Program-made: the position numbers and the translations under genes
In this document: piece by piece, positions 10,298 through 20,532 of the stretch
How the letters are laid out: every line of letters begins with the position of its first letter
Position numbering within the stretch: position 1 is the first letter of the stretch
Origin: a bacterium
GTDB lineage: Bacteria; UBA9089; JASEGY01
Direction of reading: 5' to 3'
Length of the DNA: 64,000 nucleotides
Assembly: GCA_040753085.1 (NCBI GenBank)
Contig: JBFMHI010000003.1
Coordinates: 2,367-66,366, forward strand
The notes under the pieces: model-generated
Databases searched by the model: none
What the model was told of the DNA's origin: nothing
Seen by the model: the letters and a program-made list of their open reading frames with translations, nothing else

Positions 10298-13200
10298 TTA
10301 CTTCAAAACTATCATCTTCCTGGCGCCGGTGAAAGACCCGGCTTGGAGCTGGTAAAAATAGATGCCACTGGACACCTCTTCTCCGCTCTCATCTCGGCCA
10401 TCCCAGTAAGCCGCCCGATCCCGGCTTAGATAGCTGCCGGGCGGCAACTTGCCGGCATTGATGGCCTTGACCAATTGACCGGCTAAATTGTAAATGAATA
10501 TAGTTGTTTCAGCCTCCTCAGCCAGCCGAAATGGTATCCAGACCTCCGGATTAAAAGGATTAGGATAATTTTGGAGGAGCTGGCTCCTGGCCGGAACCTG
10601 ATTGGCCAGGGCCAGTTGGATATATTCGGCCAGGACCTCTGTCAGCTCGGTATAAGGCGTATCTTTAAGGACTTCATACATCGCCCGCAGAGGTTCAAGG
10701 TCCAATGGCTGAATGCTCACTTCTGACTGCTGACCCCTGATTTCTGACATCTGACTGCCGGCTTTTGTCTGCTGAGTCTTGTGCCAATTCATCCCAATAG
10801 GCAATATGTCTCTGGCATCAACTATCCCATCGCCATTAGCATCAGCATAAGCGGCCAGGGTAACTTTCCAGGAGGCGGCCGGTTGGGGAGTCCAATTGGA
10901 GGAAGCCGTCTCTCTGGGCGGCCCCTGAGTTTTCCAATACAGGCCAATAGGCAGCACATCCCTGGCATCGACCAGACGGTCATTATTGGTATCTCCCGGC
11001 CAGACCAGAACCTGGGAGACACTGCCTTCCTTGATGATAATCTCACTGCTGGTCGGGAGCAAGGAAATAGACCTATCCAAAGAATCCCTGGCTATTATAT
11101 TTGAGAACACCAGGGTTATTCTTGTCCCGGACGCCAGCCCTTCGGCTATTCTGAAGATCACTTTGGCTATTGATTGGCCTGGTTCGAAGCCGGATACCCC
11201 TTTTGAATGGAGGCCCTTTTTTCTGGAAAGACCTATTTCTATCCGGCCTTGACCCTTTTCAGACTCAAAGAAGACCAGTTTCCCAGGATCAATATCGAGA
11301 AATGGACCGGGACTAACTTCCAATACTTCAACGGCCTCAGAAGGAAAGGCAGAGATTTCAAACACCAGGCCAAAAAGGTCGGATACGGGATGTTGTCTAT
11401 CCCCAACTTCGACTTCCACCTCAAACTCTTCCCGGCTCACCTTGGTGTAAGTTGGTTGATCCCACCTCAATTCCACTTGTGACGAGACTAACGCCTTTAC
11501 TTTAACCGTGGAGGGGGCGGAGAAATATCCAGCGGCATTGGCCACTACTAACTGGAAGATATATTCCCCTGGCTCTTGAGGGGTAAATTTAGGTTGAACC
11601 ACGTTCTCCAGAATGATCCTCTCTGGTCCGGCTGCCTGGGTCCAGAAGTAACTAAGCTGTTCCCCCTCAGGGTCGTAACTGGCTCCGGCATCAAGGATGA
11701 CTAAGGTCTTGACCCCGGTAGTAATGTCTGGTCCGGCTTCGGCAATAGGACTATGCAGGTCTTTGGCCCAGGGGGCATAATCCACGAAATCGCTTACCCT
11801 GTCTCCTGTTCCGGCCGGATTATAAAGCGGTCTGACCGTCGAATCATCTTTAGGTCCTGTTCCAGCGCCCCAATAGTTGCTTTCAGCCTCGATAGTGTAG
11901 GACTCATCCTGATTGAGAAGGCCGAACTCAAGGTTGTCGGTAATTTCACACCCCTTAAGGCGAAGTATCTTTTCCCTGGCTCCAGGATAAGACCGGGGGA
12001 AATCTCTAAAAAGGAGACCAATCCGGTTATTGGTTATCCTGGCCCGGTCAATTTGGATAGAAGCCCCCTTTATTCCTTCTATCCCGATAGTATTTTCCAA
12101 GATATGACAATCCCGGATAATCGGATCCCTCAAGGTGGCCGTAACACCTGCCGCCGCGTATCGAATCCGGCAGTAGCTCAACTCGAGGTCCTCTGGCGGG
12201 GACGTAACTTGGACCGCCACTACATTCTTGCCCTCTCTCAGGTAAGAACCAAGCTGATAGGTTTCTCCTGGATTAAAGGTTATTAGGGAGTCCTCATTTT
12301 TAGCTATTAATTGTCCATTGACGTAGACTTCATAATCGGTCACCGCCGAGATATGCAAGGGGGCCGTGATTTGCCGCGAGATAAGTTTATCTTCACTATT
12401 TCTGAGGGGGGGCGGATCAATAAAGATCTCCTGGCGATAATACCTCTCTCCCCCCGCCTCTATGGCAGGTTTCAGCCAATGGGCTTCTGTTTCAGGGAGC
12501 CAGTCCTTTGGGTCTCTGGGTTGGTCACCGCGGTCAACGGCGGCAGTTTTCCACCCGGAATCATCAAAGTCAACCTGCATCCAATCTGACGGGGCTGCCT
12601 CGCCTTCTAATCTTTTCCAGGAGGCATCGGTGATTACACTCATTTCTCGGTAAAGATGGTAGGTCTCCTCCTTACCCTCACAGCATTCTCCTTCAGACTT
12701 CAATCCCCTGACTGTGAAAGATTCCTGAATAGGCAAGTCTACCAGAAGGGACTGCTTAATTTCCAACTCCACAAAGTGAAGGCCGCTCCAATCACCGGCC
12801 CGGGGGGTAGTGGCCTCACTATCCCCGTTGCTATCTCCACCAAATTCATCATCCTTGAAAGAGGTGAAGGTAATGAGCCTATCGGCTGTTCCGTTGGCCT
12901 TGAGCCTTCCATTGATAGTCAAGGCCCCGGCGCTTTTAAGGATCACCCCAGGGCTGATCCTCCAGGTAGAATCCTCGCCCACCTTCAAGCCGTCCGCCAG
13001 ATAAAAAGGCGCCCCATCCTCTTCCCAGATTACCTCTTCCTTCCCGGTAATATCGCCGCAGATCTTGATGGCATTGTATTGGTTGCCGAATATCTCGTTG
13101 TCCGTAATCAGATAGGCCTTGTTGGCGGTAATGCCGATGGCATAGTTGCGGTTATGGTTAATCAGGTTGTTTCTGATAATAGGCTCGGCTTCCTCCCCAC

Positions 13201-16200
13201 AGAAGGTGGCGATGGTGCCGGCTATATAGCCGGTCAGATCATCGGTGTAGGTATAATCATCGTCTGGTGAGTAGGAATCATTGTAAGTCAGATGGTTCCA
13301 TTCAATCAGGGGATCAGAGTCCTCTCTCACGGCCACCGCCCGATAGGCGTTGTAAGCGATCTTGTTGTTGGTGATGGTCGGGGAGGCATTGTGCAGCTCA
13401 ATCCCGTCCTTAGAATAGAGGATAATCGCCCGGTTGATGATGGAGTCATCTAAGGATGAATCCCAAAAGAGGATTCCCTGCCAATCACCGTTATCCGCTG
13501 TTCGGCCGTGTGATGCCCCATCACAATTAATATCTCCGCCAAATTCATCATCAAAGCAGGAGGTAAAAACGAGGTAGTTGGCAGTCCAATCATCCGGCTG
13601 GACCGATTTCGGAGGGTCAATAATATAGAAGGCGTGGAGGCTACCCTCTGGGTCAGCATCAGCTATCAGCCTTCCTCTGACCTCCAGACCGGCCCCTTCG
13701 GACTTGGGTTTGGTTTCATCGAACTTGACCACCACGCCCGGGTTGACCGTCAAGGTAACGCCTTCTTCCACGATAACCCGCTGGACAAAATAGGGCGCTA
13801 AGTCATTATAGTTCCAACTGGTGCCGGCCACGGTGTAGTTGGCATACCAGACCGTATCCGTGCAGTGGTTAGCCGCATCGATCCAGACGGCATTATGGTT
13901 ATTGCCCTTGATCAGGTTGTCCTTGATGATGTAACCGCCCACACAGTCGCCCAGTCGGTGCTGTCCTTTAATGACGGCCCAACCGTCATTGTCCTGGATG
14001 AGGTTGTCGGTAATGGTCTCAGAGGCGGTGGCGGTGGAGTAGATACCGCCGCCGGCTCCGTCTTCATCGGTTGGTCTGAGTCCATTGTCGTGAATATTAC
14101 AGTCAGTCACCACCAGGTCAGTGTGGTTACCCACGTAGTAGTTACCCTCATTAAGGATGCCCCAGCGACCGTTTCTGGCCAATTCACAGTTATCAATAGT
14201 GATGGTGCCGTCATCTATCTTGAAGTTGGCTCCATCTAACCGGTTGTCGCTGAATTCAGAATTGGTGAGGGTCGGGTTCATCGGGAGGGTCGGATCATTA
14301 GTCATATCGGCTGTCCTGGGACCGCTGTAGAGTATCCCGGCGGCGGCCGAATTAGTGCTCCTGATATGATCGATGACCACATCAGTGCCATAGACCTCGA
14401 TATTGCCCCGGTGATACTCACCTAAGCTGTCATCATACCAGCCACCGTAGCTGATATCCGCATAACTGATAATCGAATCTTGAGCGGTCTCTTCAAATTT
14501 GATCCTGGTCCAATCCCCGGCCTTAGGGTGATATACCTGGCCGTCCGGTTGGGTCCAGGTGCTGAAGGTGACACGCCGTTCCGGGATGGTGCCTTCCGCA
14601 GACGGCGCCCTCCCGGCCGCCTTTAAGGTTCCCTGAACGATCAGCTCAGGCGGCTGATTAGGATTGGTCAGGGTGGAGAATGGCCTGAAGAGGACCTCAA
14701 CGCCCGGCTCAATGGTCAGGCTCACGCCGGGCCAAACCTTAACCAGGTCTTCGATAATGTAAGGAGAACCGGATATGTCCCAGACCACATCATCTACATA
14801 TATCCGGTCATCATAAGGCGGTTGATCGTCCATGAGGCGGTTGACATAGGTGGCTGACTTTCTAACCGACCAGGCGCTGGTGAATTCGGACCGGTTGCCG
14901 CCGCAGTCAACAGCCGCTACTCGCCAGTAGTAGATTTCACCCATAATCATCGCCTGCTCATAGGGCAGGGCATACTTTACCGTGGAAGAGCCTTGACCTT
15001 CGACCTCGACGTTTACCTCAGGTGATGAGAAATCGGAATCCCGGTCCATCTGGAAGAGATAGTGAGTCGCATCCGAGACGGTTGTCCACTCAAAGGTGGG
15101 GGTCGAATCAGTCACCGGGGTTGGGGCCTGATCATTGACTACCTGACTCACCCTGGCCGGGTAGATCAGGGTCGGCCTAGCCGGCGACTGGAGGTCAACC
15201 TCAAATCTGTTGGGGGTGCTCCATTTGGTGGAATTAGTCGCCCGATCAAAGGCCTTGACCCGCCAGTAGTAGACACCTTCAGGAAAGGCGTTCAAACCAG
15301 CCAGAGCCCCGTCAAACCGGCCGCCGAACTGGCCATTGTAGGCCTGATAGTCGGCTTCGGTGATGTTGAATCGGCCGTCGCCATCCTGATCAATCGGCCA
15401 GCGGGTGTTGGCGATATTCTGAAGGCTGGGAACCCCGTTGGTCCTAAATTCCAAGAGCGGCTCAAAGGGCAGCTCGCTGATGTTTATCTCTAACGGATCA
15501 GAGAACTCGATATTGTCGCTTACCTGTAAGGTGTAAACGATGGGAGCCGAAGGATCACCCATCGGATCCCAGTCAAAGATGGGGGTGGTATCATTGACGC
15601 ACTGACCGTCCGCCGGCGTAACCAGTCTTACTGAGCTGCAACTCACATAACAATTGTTAATATCAGTATCGATGTGGATTTCCCAGACATCGGCAGACCA
15701 ACCGGTCTGGCCGCAACGGTTACCGGCCTCATCCACCCCGCCGACTCTCCAATAGTAGGTGCCGTCTCTCAGGGCCACGGTCGGCACATAGCTGGAGACC
15801 TTGGTCCATTCATTTACCTCGGGTGAGGAGAAGTCGATGTTGTTGTCAACCTGAATATTATAGGTGATCTTGTCTATGCTCGGCCCGGTGCCCTCATCCT
15901 CGTAGGCTGACCCCTCATCCGACCAGTCAAAGAAGGGGGTGTCATCATTGGTATAGGTGCCGTCATCCGGTGAAACCAGGCTCGGACATGAATCTACGTG
16001 CGGATCGATCCTGATCGCCCGGATCTCTGACCAGGTGGACTCATTCTCGGCACAGTCAATGGCCGTCACCCGCCAGTAGAAGGTCCGGCCGGCCCCGATA
16101 CTGGGCAGAATAGTCGGCGTAAAGGTCATCCGGCCGTCTAAGACCTGGAACATCTCCGGATGATACACATCGTGAGGGTCTCTGGGATCATTGGAATAAT

Positions 16201-19200
16201 CCACCGTCTGATTAAAGACATCTCCGCTATTATCGCCATTGTTCAGGTTGTCATCCACCTCGATCTGGATAAGATAGTAAACTGTATCGCAGTAATCTGA
16301 GTTAATGAAGTTGCCTGACAGCTCTGAGGAGTGGTAGGTCTTGGAATCAACCACCCGCTCCCAGGTCATCGTGGGGGTAATATCGTTGGTGGTATGCCAA
16401 TCTGCCGGTGAGATCAGATTAGGGGCGTCTGGGGCCGTGGTGTCAATGGTGAATCTCCGGTAGGGACTGGTATGGCTCCACTCGGAGATGTTGCCGGCAC
16501 AGTCCATCGCCCGGACTCGCCAATAATAGGTCCCCTCCGGCAGGACCGGCGTGACCGTCATTTGACTGCCGTGGATATAACCGGTCGTGCTGCCGTCTAA
16601 GGGGTTATCTCCGCCTACCAATTGCGACTCAAAGTCGTTTATGTCCAGAATAGGTGAAGAGAAATCAGCGTCATCATCGATCTGGAGCTGATACCTCAGG
16701 TCGTAAGCCTCCGGCTCATCCCAGTCTAAGGTTGGGGTGTCGTCATTGAAGATGATGGCGTCATCCGGTGAGGAATAGTTGGGCATATCCGGCGGCGTCA
16801 GGTCCACGGTAAAGGCCATCATATTCCCGCCGTTGCTTCTGTTGCCCGCCTCGTCCACGGCCATGACCCGCCAGTAGTAGTGCCCTTCCTTCAGCTCATA
16901 AGCCGGCGGCAGGGTATACTCGGACCCGGTCAGACCGGAGACAGAGACGTCCGGGTCGATAAAATCCGGATCCCCGGCATCTTTGGCCTTGACCAGCTCG
17001 AAGATGTAAGACAGCGTCCGTTGCTGGGTGTCGGTATCCTCCCAATAGAAGGTCGGCCTGGTTCGGCTGAAGGGCCGGCTGAGCGCTCCGCCGGTGCCTG
17101 AAAAGACGCTGGGTGAGATATCCGGCTCCACCGCATATCCCTCATCCTGGTAACTGACACAGCCAAAAGGCGCCAGGAGGGTTGGATCAGACGGTTCTCC
17201 CATCTCAGGATTGAAGCTCCAGACCTGGCTGGCGCACTGGTTGCCGGCCTTATCGTAGGCCGTTACCCGCCAGTAATAGATTACTCGGTTATCCATGGCC
17301 TCGGCATTAGCTGTTTGATAGCTGGAGACCGGTGGTGTTCCGGTGTTCCACTGATCAATAACCAGGGGAGCCGTAAAGCTTGATTCGGTATCAATCTGAA
17401 TATTGTAGCTGATAATATTGGGGTCGGTCACATCGGCCCAATCAAATAACGGGGTGGTATCGGCCAGGGCGATCCCGTGGGAGGGAAAAAGCAACTCCGG
17501 TGTACAGGGTGGGATCGTATCGATGACAAAGACCTGGGCCTTCCAGGGTGAGTAGTTGCCCGCACAGTCTCTGGCCCTCACTCGCCAGATATAGCTGCCA
17601 TCTGGCAGGGCCGCCGTATAAGTCGGCTGGGATAGCTCGGTAACGTCAACTACGAGTAAGACCCAGCCTGTCTCCGTTGGCGCAATCTGTAGGTCATAGC
17701 GAAGCTCCTCGCCGTGGCTGATCACCCAGGCTACAGTTTCAGGTGGATTGCCGTCCTCGGTACTGGTGAGATATGTAGCCGCCGTAGCACTCCAATCCAC
17801 CCAGGCCGTCTGAGAAAGGGTATCTCCTTCATTCCAGATAAAGATTGGGGTCGGATCGGGCTCATAGTCGCCATCATCCAGGGTATCAGACAGGTCCTGG
17901 GGAGTGGTCGGCGCTTTGGTGTCCACGATAAAGGCAAAGGAGTCAGACCAGGTATTACCGGCATCATCGGTTACCTGCAGCTCCCACCAATAAAAATCTC
18001 CATCGGTGTCCGAATCCTCCAGACAGACAGTGGTGATAAAGCTATGCGCCGTCCCACCGCCGCCGACAGCCACCCACCCATTAGCATCACTATTAGGCAG
18101 ATTAACCACGTTGGCGCTATCATAGACGCCCAGATTTCTATTGACGATTCGAACTTGATAGGTCACGGCTGGCGGTTCATCCAGACCGTTGGAACTGGCG
18201 CCGTAAGGCGGCAGGTCAATCCACTTTAAGATTGGGGTGCAGTCATTGATATGGAACTGCTGGCTGCAGAACTCTGAGTCAGCCCCGGGATAGATCAGTC
18301 TGGCCACCGGTGCCGTGGTATCCACCGTAAAGTAGCAGACTTCACTCCAGTTGCCTACTACCTCGTTACAGGTAGGATCCAGGGCCCTTACCCGCCAGAA
18401 CCAGATGCCGTCCGGCAAGGTGGCCCCGGTCCAGGCCGTCGTCCGGTCGGAAAGCCAAGCTACCTGATTGCCGTTGGCATCCTGACCATTGCTGAAATTA
18501 AAGCTGCTAACTTCTGATGGCGCCGCCGCATTAACATTACCATTTCTGATCCAGAGGTCATACTCCACATCTTCTGAATCAGCAATCGAGAAAGATCCGT
18601 CATGATCGAGCTGGACTTCATACCACAGGTCGCTGGGCTGACTCCCTGAAGGATCAGCCACCTCGGTCCAGGTGAAGGTAGGCGCACCCGTATTGATCCG
18701 GTCTCCTCCATTAGTGCCGGTGGTGGTGCAGGCACCTGGTGACTGGACGATAGGCACCTCAGGTGGCACACAGTCTTCCAGGTCTATCACCACTTTCCAC
18801 TTGACACTCCAGTTAGTGGAGTCTGCCCAGGAGTCATCGTTAACGGACATAATCCGCCACCAGTAGGTCCCTTCCGGGAGGCGACCGTCGTTAAGGGTGC
18901 TGGAGACGTCGGGGCTCAGGACATCGTAGACTAAGGTCGGATAGGTATCCCCAATAGTAAAACACGTCCTGGTGCCGGGTATCCGGGCCTGAATGAGGAG
19001 ATTGGTGGAATCCCACGTTCCGGTATCTACCCCCCACCCCTCTCCATCATTTTGATCTTCAAAGTTATCATTGTTGAACCAGGCAAACTGGAAGATGTAG
19101 CTATCTCCGGCTTCACTTCCACCCGTGTTGCCAACGCCTCCAGTGATGCCATCAAGGACGCTCTCGTAAGGAATCCCTGGCCTGGGGTCCCAGCAGAAGG

Positions 19201-20065
19201 TAGGCTGCGGTGAATTAGTAGTGATATTATCGGGGAGAGACCTCAAGTCCACCGGCCTAATAGTAAAGGACCGGGTGGCGCTCCAGTTGGTGTAGGGGGT
19301 TCCAGCATCATAAGCCATAACCCGCCAGTAGTAGGTTCCGTTCTTGAGGTTGAAGGAGGCGGTGTCGATGGCGTAGTAGCCCTGGGTTGGATCAAGCCCC
19401 AAGATGGCCTGGCTGTCTGGGGTGTTAACCTTCTTCGGCCATACTTCCGGGCTGCCATCCGGATTAAATTCTATCCGGTCCGCAAAGCCCGGATTTTTAT
19501 CAATCCAGATAGCCCACGTATCGACCACATCAGTATCGCCGGCGATGTTTTCATTGGCTCCAAAGACCAGGTCCGGGGTGGCGCTGTAGACATCAAACCC
19601 GTTTAAGGGATAATGGAGGCTGGGTGGAACGATGTCGAACCAGCCCAGATTGCTTTTAGTGTCCTCATTGGCTATGACCTGCCAGTAGTAGCGAGTGATT
19701 TCGCCTTCGGGCACACAGGTCAGGGCCAGGGTGTCAGGGAGGCTGAAGGAATGTGTTCCGGTAGTTCCAAAACCACCGGCCGGCACGGCCAAACCATAAT
19801 CACCGGCGGCCGTGAAATAGAGGTTGACTTCAAATTCTAAGGGATAGAGGAAGTCGCTTCGTTCATCGACCTGGACAATGAATTGGGCGGCGGCCTCAGG
19901 CCCGTTCCAGTACCAGGTCAAATTTGGGGTGGCGTCCCAGGTGTCAATCCCGTTAATGGGACTGGTCACAGACAGGGCATGCCCCCTGCCCACCATAGCT
20001 GTTACCAACACAGCCAGGGCGGCCAATACTACCCTAATTATTTTTCCGACATCCGGTGTCTTCAC
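10298..20065 (-). CDS. giant secreted surface protein (3255 aa): many FN3-like repeats (recurring GTYYWRVRA.D.AGN.S.WS motif), central PbH1 beta-helix repeats, two dockerin-like repeats, C-terminal T9SS sorting domain
   Basis: GTG start with GGAGG RBS 8 nt upstream; signal peptide MKTPDVGKIIRVVLAALAVLVTAMVG; dockerin-like VWPGDTNNDRLVDARDVLPIGLYW and YADANGDGIVDARDILPIGMNW; C-term LQNYPNPFNPEVWIPF...GIYFYQLQAGSFTGARKMIVLK (TIGR04183-like). Confidence 0.9.
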   Translation of the reverse strand: MKTPDVGKIIRVVLAALAVLVTAMVGRGHALSVTSPINGIDTWDATPNLTWYWNGPEAAAQFIVQVDERSDFLYPLEFEVNLYFTAAGDYGLAVPAGGFGTTGTHSFSLPDTLALTCVPEGEITRYYWQVIANEDTKSNLGWFDIVPPSLHYPLNGFDVYSATPDLVFGANENIAGDTDVVDTWAIWIDKNPGFADRIEFNPDGSPEVWPKKVNTPDSQAILGLDPTQGYYAIDTASFNLKNGTYYWRVMAYDAGTPYTNWSATRSFTIRPVDLRSLPDNITTNSPQPTFCWDPRPGIPYESVLDGITGGVGNTGGSEAGDSYIFQFAWFNNDNFEDQNDGEGWGVDTGTWDSTNLLIQARIPGTRTCFTIGDTYPTLVYDVLSPDVSSTLNDGRLPEGTYWWRIMSVNDDSWADSTNWSVKWKVVIDLEDCVPPEVPIVQSPGACTTTGTNGGDRINTGAPTFTWTEVADPSGSQPSDLWYEVQLDHDGSFSIADSEDVEYDLWIRNGNVNAAAPSEVSSFNFSNGQDANGNQVAWLSDRTTAWTGATLPDGIWFWRVRALDPTCNEVVGNWSEVCYFTVDTTAPVARLIYPGADSEFCSQQFHINDCTPILKWIDLPPYGASSNGLDEPPAVTYQVRIVNRNLGVYDSANVVNLPNSDANGWVAVGGGGTAHSFITTVCLEDSDTDGDFYWWELQVTDDAGNTWSDSFAFIVDTKAPTTPQDLSDTLDDGDYEPDPTPIFIWNEGDTLSQTAWVDWSATAATYLTSTEDGNPPETVAWVISHGEELRYDLQIAPTETGWVLLVVDVTELSQPTYTAALPDGSYIWRVRARDCAGNYSPWKAQVFVIDTIPPCTPELLFPSHGIALADTTPLFDWADVTDPNIISYNIQIDTESSFTAPLVIDQWNTGTPPVSSYQTANAEAMDNRVIYYWRVTAYDKAGNQCASQVWSFNPEMGEPSDPTLLAPFGCVSYQDEGYAVEPDISPSVFSGTGGALSRPFSRTRPTFYWEDTDTQQRTLSYIFELVKAKDAGDPDFIDPDVSVSGLTGSEYTLPPAYELKEGHYYWRVMAVDEAGNRSNGGNMMAFTVDLTPPDMPNYSSPDDAIIFNDDTPTLDWDEPEAYDLRYQLQIDDDADFSSPILDINDFESQLVGGDNPLDGSTTGYIHGSQMTVTPVLPEGTYYWRVRAMDCAGNISEWSHTSPYRRFTIDTTAPDAPNLISPADWHTTNDITPTMTWERVVDSKTYHSSELSGNFINSDYCDTVYYLIQIEVDDNLNNGDNSGDVFNQTVDYSNDPRDPHDVYHPEMFQVLDGRMTFTPTILPSIGAGRTFYWRVTAIDCAENESTWSEIRAIRIDPHVDSCPSLVSPDDGTYTNDDTPFFDWSDEGSAYEDEGTGPSIDKITYNIQVDNNIDFSSPEVNEWTKVSSYVPTVALRDGTYYWRVGGVDEAGNRCGQTGWSADVWEIHIDTDINNCYVSCSSVRLVTPADGQCVNDTTPIFDWDPMGDPSAPIVYTLQVSDNIEFSDPLEINISELPFEPLLEFRTNGVPSLQNIANTRWPIDQDGDGRFNITEADYQAYNGQFGGRFDGALAGLNAFPEGVYYWRVKAFDRATNSTKWSTPNRFEVDLQSPARPTLIYPARVSQVVNDQAPTPVTDSTPTFEWTTVSDATHYLFQMDRDSDFSSPEVNVEVEGQGSSTVKYALPYEQAMIMGEIYYWRVAAVDCGGNRSEFTSAWSVRKSATYVNRLMDDQPPYDDRIYVDDVVWDISGSPYIIEDLVKVWPGVSLTIEPGVEVLFRPFSTLTNPNQPPELIVQGTLKAAGRAPSAEGTIPERRVTFSTWTQPDGQVYHPKAGDWTRIKFEETAQDSIISYADISYGGWYDDSLGEYHRGNIEVYGTDVVIDHIRSTNSAAAGILYSGPRTADMTNDPTLPMNPTLTNSEFSDNRLDGANFKIDDGTITIDNCELARNGRWGILNEGNYYVGNHTDLVVTDCNIHDNGLRPTDEDGAGGGIYSTATASETITDNLIQDNDGWAVIKGQHRLGDCVGGYIIKDNLIKGNNHNAVWIDAANHCTDTVWYANYTVAGTSWNYNDLAPYFVQRVIVEEGVTLTVNPGVVVKFDETKPKSEGAGLEVRGRLIADADPEGSLHAFYIIDPPKSVQPDDWTANYLVFTSCFDDEFGGDINCDGASHGRTADNGDWQGILFWDSSLDDSIINRAIILYSKDGIELHNASPTITNNKIAYNAYRAVAVREDSDPLIEWNHLTYNDSYSPDDDYTYTDDLTGYIAGTIATFCGEEAEPIIRNNLINHNRNYAIGITANKAYLITDNEIFGNQYNAIKICGDITGKEEVIWEEDGAPFYLADGLKVGEDSTWRISPGVILKSAGALTINGRLKANGTADRLITFTSFKDDEFGGDSNGDSEATTPRAGDWSGLHFVELEIKQSLLVDLPIQESFTVRGLKSEGECCEGKEETYHLYREMSVITDASWKRLEGEAAPSDWMQVDFDDSGWKTAAVDRGDQPRDPKDWLPETEAHWLKPAIEAGGERYYRQEIFIDPPPLRNSEDKLISRQITAPLHISAVTDYEVYVNGQLIAKNEDSLITFNPGETYQLGSYLREGKNVVAVQVTSPPEDLELSYCRIRYAAAGVTATLRDPIIRDCHILENTIGIEGIKGASIQIDRARITNNRIGLLFRDFPRSYPGAREKILRLKGCEITDNLEFGLLNQDESYTIEAESNYWGAGTGPKDDSTVRPLYNPAGTGDRVSDFVDYAPWAKDLHSPIAEAGPDITTGVKTLVILDAGASYDPEGEQLSYFWTQAAGPERIILENVVQPKFTPQEPGEYIFQLVVANAAGYFSAPSTVKVKALVSSQVELRWDQPTYTKVSREEFEVEVEVGDRQHPVSDLFGLVFEISAFPSEAVEVLEVSPGPFLDIDPGKLVFFESEKGQGRIEIGLSRKKGLHSKGVSGFEPGQSIAKVIFRIAEGLASGTRITLVFSNIIARDSLDRSISLLPTSSEIIIKEGSVSQVLVWPGDTNNDRLVDARDVLPIGLYWKTQGPPRETASSNWTPQPAASWKVTLAAYADANGDGIVDARDILPIGMNWHKTQQTKAGSQMSEIRGQQSEVSIQPLDLEPLRAMYEVLKDTPYTELTEVLAEYIQLALANQVPARSQLLQNYPNPFNPEVWIPFRLAEEAETTIFIYNLAGQLVKAINAGKLPPGSYLSRDRAAYWDGRDESGEEVSSGIYFYQLQAGSFTGARKMIVLK

Positions 20066-20276
20066 TTAACAACCTCCGTGTAGTAAGATCTATCGCCCTC
20101 CTGGCAAAAACAAAAAGACCTATCGCAACAGAAACAATAGTTTCCTGCCCATAGGTCTTTTATCTTACCTTTGACCTTTGTCTTTGCTGCGATTAGGCTG
20201 TGTTTTAGCTGTGATTGTGCTTCAGTGAATGACTTGGTTAAAATGTAGCCCAGGCGTCTCGCCGGTGGTCATATTT

Positions 20277-20322
20277 GTAACCGTTCAGCCACCTTTGTGT
20301 CTTGGTGTCTTTGTGGCTGAAC
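20277..20322. repeat. hairpin copy of the GTAACCGTTCAGCCAC family (gtaaccgttcagccacctttgtgtcttggtgtctttgtggctgaac)
   Basis: 10-bp perfect stem gttcagccac/gtggctgaac plus extended imperfect pairing. Confidence 0.7.
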
Positions 20323-20371
20323 ACTTACGTCATATTTACCGCCGGGACGGCTGCGCTGCTTACGAACAAAC

Positions 20372-20426
20372 AAAAAAGGCCTATTATAGGGAGGGCCTTT
20401 TCCCTCCCTATAGGCCTCTTTTTTTA
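20372..20426. terminator. bidirectional intrinsic terminator: AAAAAAGGCCTAT(TA)TAGGGAGGGCC-TTTT-CCCTCCCTATAGGCC-TCTTTTTTT
   Basis: long GC stem flanked by A-tract and T-tract; downstream of minus-strand gene ending 20533. Confidence 0.7.
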
Positions 20427-20532
20427 AGTCTAAGTAATCAGAATCGTAGCAAAGCTCCTGCCTTACGCCCAGCAAGGCCTTGCTGACAAATCGATACCGA
20501 ACGCTTACGCTAATTTGAGACAACGCCTGAGG

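Noticed and set aside
4599-19840. Numerous 60-250 aa ORFs on both strands inside the two complete giant genes (e.g. 4941..5702, 7119..7508, 11753..12286, 12656..13270, 17714..18229)
   Set aside because: They are nested within or antisense to long, domain-rich ORFs with signal peptides and T9SS tails; no RBS or homology support
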